Below, piece by piece: positions 1 to 11,824 of a DNA stretch of 64,000 nt. The stretch is from positions 10,142,923 to 10,206,922 of the forward strand of contig NC_083449.1 in assembly GCF_020745735.1 (NCBI RefSeq), read 5' to 3'. The position numbers were made by a program, and so were the translations under genes. Within the stretch, counting starts at the first letter, position 1, and each line of letters opens with the position of its first letter. The notes under the pieces were generated by a model. That model worked only from the letters and a program-made list of their open reading frames with translations, made no database searches and was not told where the DNA came from. This DNA is from Hemiscyllium ocellatum (Eukaryota).

Positions 1-819
1 GAAAGTCCATATTTAAAACTTTTCTTGAGTCACGGGTTGAAAATCTCTGTCTTGACTGTGGGATTAATATATTTCTGAGAACTTGATTGCTAACTGTGGG
101 CCCAGAGACCGAACTGTAACTGTGTGCTTCGCAATTAACTACAATATGTCAGACAAACATTGCTGCAGTTTTTATTTCGGAGTATTGAACCTTCACGCAG
201 GGACTTAGAGCATTTTTCAATCTCATACGAATGCCTGTTAACCAACAACCGTTAGCATGTTATATGTGTCACTTTAAGTTTGTATCTATCGAGTCTTTAT
301 TTAGACATTTCGCATGAATTCAACACCTGTCCATTGAGGCTCTGGTCCTCTGTGTAATAGTCAATTAGTGTTACTTCAAGACAGGTTTTATTCTGTATCC
401 ACCAAACACTGACGTAAGCAGTAAACCTTTATACCATTTGCCTGCCACTTGGAAATGTTCCTCCAATCTGTGCCTATCCATTTCTGGGAGGTAAAGCATT
501 TTTGTTTCCTATATTTGACAATCTTTACATGTCAGTATGTTACGGGATTGTAACTCAAACCTTCTGAAGTGTAACCTGTTGTTTTTACTCTGTAGGTGTC
601 AGTCATTAACATAAGAAAGGGTCTCATTTAGTATCGACAATTTTGAGTGTGACCAAACACCACTTTGGACAGTCTCTGGTAGGACTCCGTCCCATTCACA
701 CCCATATCCTTTGAATATCAGCGTCTGTGCGTTGACAGAAAGTTTGTATTTATAACTGCAGCATTTGGTAAGGGACAATATATTGTACATTGCAGAAACT
801 GGCAATAACAATGTTACTG

Positions 820-1480
820 CTGATGTTACACTGTTCATGTCAGTTTCTCACGAGTGGATAGCTGCATTGTATCCTAACAATTCATTGTTTTGCAGCTGAC
901 TCCGATTTCATTCTGTAACTGCCAGTTTGTTGTTTCTAATCTTGTTTTCACTCAGTTTCTGTCAATACACTGGCATGTGAGAGAGCAAATGTTTCAATAT
1001 TTCTAACTTTCAGATGAAATGAATGTTTTTTTTTAATCCATCCCTGTTATGTCACAGGGACTTGTAATTGAATCTGTCAGTATGTGATCTGTGAGCACAC
1101 AATAAGTTAGAGATAAAGTGAAAGGTGAATGATGCCTCTCATTTCTGTCACGCAATTGCAGGGCATATACACTACAGTTATTAATTTCTTTCAGACATGT
1201 GTCAGTTTAAATATCTCAAAACAGAAGACAACAAGAAAAATGAGAAGTCAGCGACATTTTTATCTGCCTGTGTGTACTCAGCTCTGAGAATGGTGTTATC
1301 AAAGTATACCTGTCAGTTTTTTTTATGAATATAAGAACTTTGTTTTAAATCTTATACCTGTCAGTTTCTCCAATGTTTGAGTGCAGTTTTCAATCTGTAC
1401 CTGACAGTTTCAACTAAAAGAATGGATGAGTGAATTTGAAAGTATCTGTGTTCTGTGAATGAGTGAGTATACTTATATTA
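820..1480 (+). repeat. Highly degenerate copies of the ~47-49 bp tandem unit (acctgtcagtttct core)
   Basis: Recurrent tatacctgtcagttt / ctgacagttt / atgtcagttt words at ~838, 1075, 1200, 1305, 1355, 1400, matching the array at 14.5-16.6 kb. Confidence 0.4.
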
Positions 1481-1589
1481 TTTGGCTCTGTTTAAGATGA
1501 CATTTCCCAGAAACAGCAGAAGCTCTTTTTACTTCAAGTCTCTATTGCTCAACATGAATAAGATTTTATCTATTGCCATCCATGTCAGG

Positions 1590-2610
1590 CTAGCATGGTG
1601 GCACACTGCTGCCAGGGACTCAGTTTCAATTCCAGCCTTGACTCATTGTGCAAACTTCACACAGACATGTTCCCCATGTCTGCATTGGTTTTGTTACGGC
1701 ACAAGGTAAACCCCTTTGCTAATTTAAATCCAGCAACACAGAAAAGATTTTTCCTATGCAGTAATCTGTGAAAATATGATTGGCCATGAACTAGTTAAAG
1801 TAAAGATTAACAGCTTTATTTATTAAATTATAACAGAGTGATAACTAACCACTATTTACAACTCCTTCCTCTAACCTATCTTCTATAATACTAGTCCAAT
1901 AGAACTCCTGACTAAGATTTACAAAACAAAACTTCTTATCTCAAAACCAGGTAGCTTTCGGTTCCTTTCTATATTCCTGTCGTCTTTTGTGCTTCTTGGG
2001 CATTGCGCTTTACTAGTTACTGATCGATAAAGGTGCTTTCAAGAGAGCTATTTTTAAGGCAGTCTTTTTACATGCTGGGGGCTTGGCAATTCTCCTCCCA
2101 GTTGTTCAATTTTCCCAGGTCTTATACCTCCAGAGCATCAGATTGTGTCATTGGCTTTTAAGAATGTCAATACACTCAGTATGAACTGATTTGGAATTTA
2201 GTATTTTCAGGATACAATTTAAACCGATTGGTTGAATTCGAAATGTTTTTTTTTATCTCCAGGCAAACAGCTACTTGATTTGTTTGACCACATGTTAAGT
2301 TTTTTTTCAGAACACTTGGTGCTGTCCAGTAATTCTACTGGCTGATAACTTTATTAAAGGTACAGTACACTCATCTTCAAAACAGTTTTGGCTGGATGCT
2401 CTAGTTTCCTTCCACAGTCCAAACATGTGCAGCTTGGCTGGATTAGCCATGGGAAATTGCCCTGGAAAACTTCATCATTGTGCAGCCTAGGTGGGTTAAC
2501 TCCGGTAAAGGTCAGATAGGGCCTATATCTGGGTGGGATGTGATTTTGGCAAGTTATTGCAGGCTGATTTTGGTTCTTTTGTGACCTCTATCTGCACTGG
2601 AGAAATTCTA
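1590..2610 (+). mobile_element. tRNA-derived shark SINE (HE1-like), split by a solo LTR
   Basis: 5' part (cactgctgccagggactcagtttcaattccagcc...) at 1590-1691 and 3' part (ctagtttccttccacagtccaaacatgtgcag...) at 2385-2610 align with the intact SINE at 37571-37878. Confidence 0.6.
1692..2384 (-). mobile_element. Solo LTR (693 bp)
   Basis: TG...CA termini, 4-bp TSD gttt (1688-1691 and 2385-2388), minus-strand AATAAA near 1815; related LTR start at 42441. Confidence 0.7.
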
Positions 2611-2999
2611 TGTACTGTAAATGAAAGTGAGACCTTTTACACTGTTGTCAGTCTCTGACACTGTAAAACAGTTTGGATAATTTCCACAACTTTCATTCTA
2701 TGGTACAGTTTATGATTGTATGTAATTTTCTGGATTGGTCAGTCTCTGGTCTGATTGTATACTTTGAATTCATTGTTCACATGTTTATAACAAGACCACT
2801 ATGAGAGTTTCTTTATTCTGTGTCCAATAATCTCTGGGTATCTATTTAAATGTGTACCATTTCATGTCAATGTTTAATTCTACCTTCCAGTTTATCAGCC
2901 AGTTTGTGTTAACAGACATGGGCCACTCTATTCTGGCCAGGTACAGGCCACTGCTACAGCCTTTGACAAAGACCTATATAAAAGACTGGTCCAAAGTTG

Positions 3000-4100
3000 G
3001 CTCTTGGAGTCTCAAGCAAACTGGAGTTGAAATGAGATGCAGACAGGATGCAAACTATAACGGTGGAGGGTTGTGTTTGTGACTGGAAGCCTGTGACCAG
3101 TAGTGTACCACTGGGATCCGTGCTGGGACCCTTGCAGTTTGTTAAGTACATATTAACAATTGGATGTGAATGTAGAATGTACAATTAGTAAGCCTGTAGA
3201 TGGGTTTTTTTGTGTGGAAGTGATAAATGTTTCAGTGCAGCCTTGGAGTGCAAAGGACCTGTTTCTGTGCTGTATTGTTCTTTGTTCTGTGACACTGTGT
3301 TGTTGACAGTGAGGGGGATGGTTTCACGCTACAGTGAGAGTACACTGGGCAGAGCAATGACAGATGGAATTTAATCCTGATAAATGTGCATTTTGGAAGG
3401 TCTAATAAGGGAAAGAATTACACAATGAAGGATTGGTCCCGCGGGAGTACTGAGGAACAAAGGGACCTTGGTGTACAAGTCTATAGATTGCAGACAGGCT
3501 GCTGAAGAAGGCATACAAAATGCTTTCCTTCAGTACCAGAGCTGTTGAATATAAGAGCAAAGAAGTCTTATTACAACTTTATAAAACAGATCAAATACCG
3601 TGTGCAGTTCTGACTGCCACACAGTTAGAAGGATGAGATTGGCTGGAGAGGATGCAGTGGGTTGGAAAGTCTCCATCAAAGGGGAGACCATATGAGCTGG
3701 GTTTGGTTTCCTTGGAGCAGAGGAGGTTGAGGGAGGATCTGACTGAGATATACTAAATTGTGAAAGATACAGAGTAGATTGTGTGAATCTTTCTCCCCTT
3801 GGCAGATATGTCTGAAGACCAGAGAATAAAAGTTGAAGGTGCAGGGAAAGCATTTTAGAGGATATCTGAGAAAAATATTTTGACCTAGATGGTGGGTAAA
3901 GTTTGTAATATGCTGCTTGAGTGTGTGGTGGAATACCCTCACAGCATTTCAGCAGCATGTGGATGTTCCCTTAAGAAGCCAGGGTATAGTCAGTTATGGG
4001 CAGAGTGCAGGTAAATGGGATGAATGCAGTTTGGTGTATGTTGGACATCATGGACATAGTGGGCCAAAGGGCCTGTTTCTCTGTTGTATGACTCTATATC
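3000..4100 (+). mobile_element. CR1 LINE 3' fragment (degenerate RT C-terminus and 3' UTR)
   Basis: gtgaccagtagtgtaccactgggatccgtgctggg (RT GVPQGSVLGP-like region), W.MEFNP.KC region, CR1-type 3' tail. Confidence 0.75.
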
Positions 4101-4104
4101 TCTA

Positions 4105-4500
4105 TAACATCCTTGTAAACCTTTTCTGCACCATCTCAAGTTTAACAACATTCTTCCTGTAGAAGGATGATGAGAATTGTACACAATCTCCTGAAAGTGG
4201 CCTCGCTAGTGTCCTGCACAGCCACCAGATGACATCCCAACTCCTACACTCAATGTTCTGACCAATGAAGGCAAGCATGCCAAAGGCCTTCTTCACCACC
4301 CTGTCTATCTGAGACTCTACTTTCAAAGAAATATGCACCTGCTCTGTGTGGTCTCTTTGTTCAGCAACACTCACAAAGGCCCCACCATTAAGTGTATAAT
4401 TGTTGCCCTGGTTTGTTCTACGAAAATCAAAGTCCTCCCGCATATCTAAACGCAACTACATCTGTCATTTCTTGGCCCATTGATCCACCTGATCGAGGTC
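4105..4500 (-). mobile_element. CR1 LINE fragment, opposite orientation
   Basis: ORF 4102-4455: SLKVESQIDRVVKKAFGMLAFI...LARPL..CVQF, typical CR1 ORF2 C-terminus. Confidence 0.75.
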
Positions 4501-4689
4501 ATAATTGGTTTTTTTTCAATGCACAGTGATATAATTATTTGAAGACTGTTGAAGTAAAGGTAGGTGTTAATTAACCTACGCTGTATTGTGATGGTACTCA
4601 CCATCATTGGGACACTTGTGTAGCTCTATGGAGGGGAGGAGGAAGGCAGAAGGACTTTGATTTTTTTCTCATGCAGTGGAGGAAAGTTG

Positions 4690-7600
4690 GTGTGTTGCCT
4701 CCCAGGTGCCAGGGTTCCTGATGTCTCAGATCGTGTTTTCGGGACCCTTGGAGTGGGGGGGAAACTACCCAAGTCATGGTCCGCATAGGCACTAACAACA
4801 TAGATAGGAAAAGGGATGCGGATTTAAGGCAGAATGTGAGGGAGCTAGGGTGGAAGCTTGGAGCTAGAACAAACAGAGTTGTTATTTCTGGTTTGTTCAC
4901 CGTGCCATGTGCTAGCGAGGCGAAGAATATGGAGAGAGAGGAGTTGAACATGTGGCTAAAGGGATGGAGTGGGAGGGAGAGTTTTGGATACCTAGATAAT
5001 TGGGGCTTACTCTGGGGTAGGTGGGACTTCTACAAACATGATGGTCTGCACCTGAAGCAGAGGGGTACCAACATGTTGGGGGACGTTTGCTAATGCTCTT
5101 CAGGAGGGTTTAAACGAATTCAGTAGGGGGGAATAGGAACCTAAATTGCAGTTCCCATGCCTAGTGATTGGGCGTAGTGAGGTCAGAAATATGGTTTTAA
5201 TGTCGCAAGAGTGCACAGGCAAGCATGAAGGTGGTTTGAAGTCTGTCTACTTCAATGCCAGGAGCATCGGGAATAAGGTGGGTGGACTTGCAACATGGGT
5301 TGGTACCTGGGACTTTGATGTTGTGGTCATTTCAAACACATGATCGAGCAGGGACAGGAATGGTTGTCGTAGGTTCCGGGACTTAGATGTTTCAGTACGA
5401 ACAGAGAATATGGCAAAAAAAGGGGGAGGTGTGGCATTGTTAGTCAAGGACAGTGTTACGGTGGCAGAAAGGATGTATGAGGCCTTGTCTAATGAGGTAA
5501 TATGGGCTGAGGTTAGAAACAGCAAAGTAGAGGTCACCCTGTTAGGAGTTTTCCATCGGCCTCAGGATTGTAAAGATGATTCTGGATAAGAGTAACAGGG
5601 CAGTTGTTATGGGAGACTAACTTTTCAAACTATTTACTGGAAATACTATACTGTGAATACTTCAGATGGGTCAAGTTTTGTCCAATGTGTGCAGAAGGGT
5701 TTCCTGACACAGTATGTAGACAGGCCAACCAGGGGCAAGGCAACAATGGATTTGGTACTGGGTAATGAACCCAGCCAGGTGTTAAATTTGGAGGTAGGTG
5801 AGCAGTTTGGTGAGAGTGACCGCAATTCGGTTATTTTATTTTAGCGAAGGAAAGGGATAGGTACGTACTGCAGAGCAAGGTTTATAACTGGGGGAAAAGG
5901 CAATTACGGTGCGATTAGGCAAGATTTATGACGCATAGGATGGGAAAGGAAACCACAGGGGATGGCACAATTGAAATGCGGAGCTTATTCAAGGAACAGC
6001 TACTGCGTGTCCTTGATAAGTATGTACCTGTCAGGCAGGGAGGAAGTGGATGAACAAAGGAGCCGTGGTTTACGAAGGAAGCTGATCTCTTGTCAAGAGG
6101 AAGGTGACGGCTTACGTTACGATGAGACGTGAAGGCGCAGCTAAGGTGCTTGAGAGTTACAAGCTAGCCAGGAAAGACCTAAAGAGAACTAAGAAGAGCC
6201 AGGAGGGGACAAGAGAAGCCTTTGGCAGATTGGATCAAGGAAAACCCCAAAGCTTTCTATAGCTATATCAGGAATGAAAGAATGACTAGAATAACTTCCA
6301 GGCCAATCAAGGACAAGAGTGGGAAGCTGTGTGTGCAGATAGGAGAAGTGCTAAATGAATATTTTTCATCAGTATTCACACTGGAAAAATACAATATTGT
6401 TGAGGAGAATACTGAGTTACAGGCTACTAGATTAGATTGGATATAGGTAAAAAAGGGCTTATGCCCTAAACGTCGAATTTCCTATTCCTTGGATGCTGCC
6501 TGACCTGCTGTGCTTTAACCAGCAACACATTTTCAACCTAGATTGGATATAGGTTCACAAGGAGGAGGTGTTAGCAATTCGGGAAAGTGTGAAAATAGAT
6601 AATCCCCTGGGCCAGATGGGATTTATTCTAGGATTCTATGGGAAGCCAGGGAGGAGATTGAAGAGCCATTGGCTTTGATTTTTATGTTGTCATTGTCTAC
6701 AGGAATAGTGCCAGAAGACTGGAAGATAGCAAATGTTGTCCCTTTGTACAAGAAGGGGATTAGAGACCATCCTGGTAATTATAGATCAGAGAGCCTTACT
6801 TCAGTTGTGGGAAAAGTGCTGGAAAAAGCTAGAAGAGACAGGATTTATAATCACACCGATTGGAATAAATTGATTAGGAATAGTTGATATGATTTTGTGA
6901 AGGGTAGGTCATGCCTCACAAATCTTTTTGAGTTCTTTGAGAAGGTGACCAAACAGATGGACGAGGGTAAAGCAGTTGATGTGATGTATATGGATTTCAG
7001 AAAAGTGTTTGATGAAGTGTTTTCAGTAAGGTTCCCAACTGTAGGCTATTGCACAAAATATGGAGGCATGGGATTGAGGGTGATCTGGTGGTTTGGTTCA
7101 GAAATTGGCTAGCTGAAAGAAGACAGAGGATGGTAGTTGATGGGAAATGTTCATCTTGGAGTTCAGTTACTAGTGGTGTACCACACGGATCTGTTTTGGG
7201 CCCACTGCTGACCTGGGTGAGGGCGCAGAAGGATGGGTTAGTAAATTTGTGGATGACACTAAGGTCAGTGGAATTGTGGACAGTGCCGAAGGATGTTGCA
7301 AGTTACAGAGGAACACAGATCAGGTGCAGAGCTGGGCTGAGACCTGGCAAATCGAGTTTAATGTGGAAAAGTGTGAGATGATTCACTTTGGAATGAGCAA
7401 TAGGAATAAAGAGTATTGAGCTAATGGTAAGGTTCTTGGCAGTGTAGATGAGCAGACAGACGTCGTGTAAGTGTGCATAGATCCCTGAAAGTTGCCACCC
7501 AGGTTGATAGGATTGTTAAGAAGGCATACGGTGGTTTGGTTTTATTGGTAGAGGGATAGAGTTTTGGAACCATGTGGTAATCCTGCAGCTCGACAAAACT

Positions 7601-8045
7601 CTGATGTGGCCGCACTTCGAAAATTGCGCCCACTGCTAGTCACCACATCACAGGAAGGATTTGGAAGCTTTGGAAAGGTTTTAGAGGTGATGTTGCCTGG
7701 TCTGGAGAGAATGTTTCATGAGGAAAGGCTGAGGAACTTGAGGCTTCATTAGAGTGAAGAAGGTTAAGAGGTAACTTAATATAGACACAGAAAATAATCA
7801 GAGGGTTAGATAGTGTGGCCAGTGAGAGCCTTATTCCTCCGATGGAGATGGCTGGCACAAGGGGACATCGCTTCAAATTGAGGGGTGATAAATATAAGAC
7901 AAATGTCAGAGTAGTTTCTTTCCTCAGAGTAGTAGGGGCATGGAATGTTCTGCCTGCAACTATTGTAGATTTGCCAAGTTTAAGGGCATTTAAATAGTCA
8001 TTGGATAAACATATGGATGAAAATGCAATAGAATATTGCGCTGAC
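4690..8045 (+). mobile_element. Near full-length degenerate CR1 LINE (ORF1 SGNH-esterase end, ORF2 APE and RT)
   Basis: IGTNN...DGLHL esterase motifs (4776-5093), YFNARS APE start, VPEDWKIANVVPLYKKG, GRSCLTNL, YMDF, GVPHGSVLGP; many stops and frameshifts. Confidence 0.9.
6449..6538 (+). mobile_element. Penelope terminal-repeat fragment inserted in CR1
   Basis: 16-bp TSD tagattggatataggt (6433-6448, 6539-6554); sequence matches 9477-9558. Confidence 0.8.
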
Positions 8046-8834
8046 ATGTTCTATCATCTCACTAAACCTTTCCTACTCCTTTGTTTCAAAATACAATTGT
8101 GTGATCACATTGAGTATTTAAAAAAATGGTATTGAGCTTTCTTAGGTAAAAACAATGACTGCAGATGCTGGAAACCAGATTCTAGATGAGTGGTGCTGGA
8201 AAAGCACAGCAGTTCAGGCAGCATTCGAGGAGCAGTAAAATTGACGTTTCGGTCAAAAGCCCTTCATCAGTAATACAGGCAGAGTGTCTGAAGGGTGGAG
8301 AGATAAATGAGAGGAGGGTGGAGGTGGGGAGAAATACCATAGAGTACAATAGGTGAGTGGGGGTGGGGATGATGGTGATAGGTCAGAGAGGAGGGTGAAG
8401 TGGATAGGTGGAAAAGAAGATAGGCGGGTAGGACAAGTCATGGGGACAGTGTTGAGCTGGAAGTTTGGGACTGGGGTGAGGTGGGGAAGGGGAATTGAGG
8501 AAACTGTTGAAATCCACATTGATGCCCTGGGGTTGAAGGCAGAAGATGAGGCGTTCTTCCTCCAGGCAACGGGTGGTGAGGGAGCAGTGGTGATGGAGGC
8601 CCAGAACCTCCATGTCCTTGGCAGAGTGGGAGGGGGAGTTGAAACTTTGGGCCACAGGGCGGTGTGGTTGATTGTTGTGGATGTTCCAGAGATGTTCCCT
8701 AAAGCACTCTGCTAGGAGGCGTCCAGTCTCCCCAATGTAGAGGAGATCGCATTGGGAGCAACGGATACAATAAATGATATTGGTGGATGTGCTGGTAAAA
8801 CTTTGATGGATGTGGAAGGCTCCTTCAGGACCTT

Positions 8835-9558
8835 CGAGTAAAAAATGAGGTCTGCAGATGCTGGAAAATGTAAAACTTGCGCCCACACCTCCACACTCAC
8901 TTCCCTCCAAGGCCCCAAGGGATCCTTCCATATCCGCCACAAGTTCACCTGTACCTCCACACACATCATCTATTGCATCCGCTGCACCCGATGTGGCCTC
9001 CTCTATATTGGGGAGACAGGCCGCTTACTTGCGGAACGCTTCAGAGAACACCTCTGGGCCGCCCGGACCAACCAACCCAACCACCCCGTGGCTCAACACT
9101 TTAACTCTCCCTCCCACTCCACCGAGGACATGCAGGTCCTTGGACTCCTCCACCGGCAGAACATAACAAAACGACGGCTGGAGGAGGAGCGCCTCATCTT
9201 CCGCCTGGGAACCCTCCAACCATAAGGTATGAATTCAGATTTCTCCAGTTTCCTCATTTCCCCTCCCCACACCTTGTCTCAGTCGGTTCCCTCAACTCAG
9301 CACCGCCCTCCTAACCTGCAATCTCCTTACTGACCTCTCCACCCCCACCCCACTCCGGCCTATCACCCTCACCTTGACCTCCTTCCACCTATCCCACTTC
9401 CATCGCCCCTCCCCCCAGTCCCTCCTCCCTACCTTTTATCTTAGCCTGCTTGGCTACTCTCTCTCATTCCTGATGAAGGGCTTATGCTCGAAACGTCGAA
9501 TTCCCTATTCCTGAGATGCTGCCTGACCTGCTGTGCTTTAACCAGCAACACATTTTCA
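8835..9558 (+). mobile_element. Nested Penelope 3' fragment (GIY-YIG and terminal repeat) with an inverted ~30-bp tail
   Basis: ORF 8845-9225 IIYCIRCTRCGLLYIGETGRLLAERFREH; 16-bp TSD gctccttcaggacctt (8819-8834, 9559-9574). Confidence 0.9.
9466..9501 (+). ncRNA. Minimal type I hammerhead ribozyme in Penelope terminal repeat (family A)
   Basis: ATTC-CTGATGA-A-GGGC(ttat)GCTC-GAA-ACGT-C-GAAT: stem I ATTC/GAAT, conserved core, stem II, palindromic ACGT stem III; predicted cut after C9497. Confidence 0.8.
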
Positions 9559-11824
9559 GCTCCTTCAGGACCTTGGATGGAGGTGAGGGAGGTGTGGGCG
9601 CAGGTTTTGCAATTCCTGCTGTGGCAGGGGAAGGTGCCAGGATGGGAGGGTGGGTTGTAGGGGGGCATGGACCTGACCAGGTAGTCAAGGAGGGAACATT
9701 CTTTGCGGAAGGCGGAAAGGAGTGGGGAGGGAAATATATCCCTGGTGGTGGGGTCCGTTTGGAGGTGGCGGAAATGTCGGCAGATGATTTGGTTTATGTG
9801 AAGGTTGGTAGGGTGGAAGGTGAGCGCCGGGGTGGGGGTGGGAAGGGGGGTGGAGAGGGTGTTCTGTCTTTGTTACGGTTGGAGGGGTGGGGTCTGAGGG
9901 AGGAGGTGCGGGATGTGGAGATGCTTTGGAGGGCATCTTTAACCACTTGGGAAGGGAAATTGGGGTCTCCAAAGAGGGAGGCCATCTGGTGTGTTCTGTG
10001 GTAGAACTGGTCCTCCTGGGAGCAGATACGGTGGAGAAATTGGGAATATGGGATGGCATTTTTGCAGGAGGTAGGGTGGGAAGAGGTGTAATCCAGGTAG
10101 TTGTGGGAGTCGGTGGGTTTGTAAAAAATGTCGGTGTCAAGTTGGTTGTCATTAATGGAGATGGAGAAGTCCAGGAAGGAGAGGGAGGTGTCACAGATTG
10201 TCCAGATAAATTTAAGGTGAGGATGGAATGTGTTGGTGAAGTTGATGAATTGCTCGACCTCCTTGCAGGAGCATGAGGTGGCGCCAATACAGTCATCAAT
10301 GTAGCGGAGAAGGGGTAGGGAGTGGTGCCAATGTAATTACAGAAGATGGACTGTTCTACGTAGCCAACAAAGAGGCAGGCATAGTTGGGGCCCATACGTG
10401 TGCCCATGGCTACCTCTTTGGTCTGGAGAAAGTGGGAGGATTTGAAGGAGAAATTGTTAAGGATGAGGACTAGTTCGGCCAAACGAATGAGTGTGTCAGT
10501 GGAAGGGTACTGTTGGGGATGTCGGGAGAGGAAGACACAGAGGGCTTGGAGGCCCTGGTCATGGCGGATGGAGGTGTAGAGGGACTGGATATCCATGGTG
10601 AAGATGAGGCGTTGGGGGCCGGGGAAATTGAAGTCTTAGAGGAGGTGGAGGGCATGGGTGGTGTCTCGAACCTATGTGGGGAGTTCCTGGACTGGGGAGG
10701 ATAGGACAGTGTCGAGGAAGGTAGAAATGAGTTCAGTGGGGCAGGAGCATGCTGAGACAATGGGTCGGCCTGGGTGGTCAGGCTTGTGGATCTTGGGAAG
10801 GAGGTAGAACTGGGCAGTGCGAGGTGCCCGGACTATGAGGTTGGAAGCTGTGGGTGGGAGATCTCCTGAGGTGATGAGTTTTCTTGTATATTATAATAGA
10901 CTTCATAGGAATGCAGGGCTATTTGTAGAACATGAAAGTTACTTTGATACAATGGCACAAGAAGTCTTTTTGATGAAGATAGAGTCATAATAAATCTGTT
11001 CCTACAAGTTGGAGAAATGGAGAATGATGTTGTGCTAAAGGTGGGGATGGCAGCTCCTCTGCCACCATGATACATTGATGGAAATGGGATGCTGTCAGAA
11101 TGAGAGTAGAATTTTTAGCTGGATGTTTCTGACTGCTGTAAACCACAATGACTCCACGTGAGAGTGATACTTCATTTTGATTGTATCATTTTCTGTTGCC
11201 TGCAGTGTATATGGAAACTCTATAACTGTTAGTCCTACTCTGCAGTTATGATGTTTGTATTTTGAACTAATTTTGAATGAGGCAGTTGTTGTGTGTGTGC
11301 TGACAGTAATTATTCTCTATTATCAGGGAAAAAAAAACCAAATTCCTGGAGAAACTCAGTTCTGAATAACAGTCACTGGCCCCAAAACATTAACTCTGTT
11401 TTCGGTCAACACATGCTGCCAGACATGCTGGATTTTCTTTCAGCAATCTCTGCTTTTGTTTCTAGCCTCTAGCATCTGCAGTTTTATTTGTCAGGCTTTG
11501 ACAGAGAATGGGTGTTTGGAATTCATGTGACTGTATGTGACAACTATTCATTAAAGGGTTAACTCTGTCCTGCCCAAACACTAATAAATTAATAACACTG
11601 TTTCATCCTGTAAATTGGTGACTTTTGTCTGATTTCCTTCTATCGCTGTATTGAACATCTATGTTATATATGGTTTTGAAATGATGTTACAGTTTGATTT
11701 TCTTTCCCATCTTGATTTTAACTTTAAAAATGTCACATTAAATGTAGATACAATGCCTTTCCCAGGCATCTATTTCAGATAAGAATTCAGTCTAAACCCC
11801 GTGAAAAATGCTGTATATACCGAT

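Larger units (their letters stand above)
8147..10880 (-). mobile_element. Penelope-like element (RT, GIY-YIG endonuclease, terminal repeat), degenerate and interrupted by a second PLE
   Basis: MDIQSLYTSI...AMGTRMGPNYACLF (RT, ORF 9685-10596); IIYCIRCSQCDLLYIGETGR...FREH (GIY-YIG, ORF 8383-8964). Confidence 0.9.

Noticed and set aside
9685-10596. Intact or domesticated reverse transcriptase gene (303-aa ORF; also 39937-40614)
   Set aside because: The first ORF shifts out of the RT frame after ~90 codons, and both elements carry multiple stops and indels.
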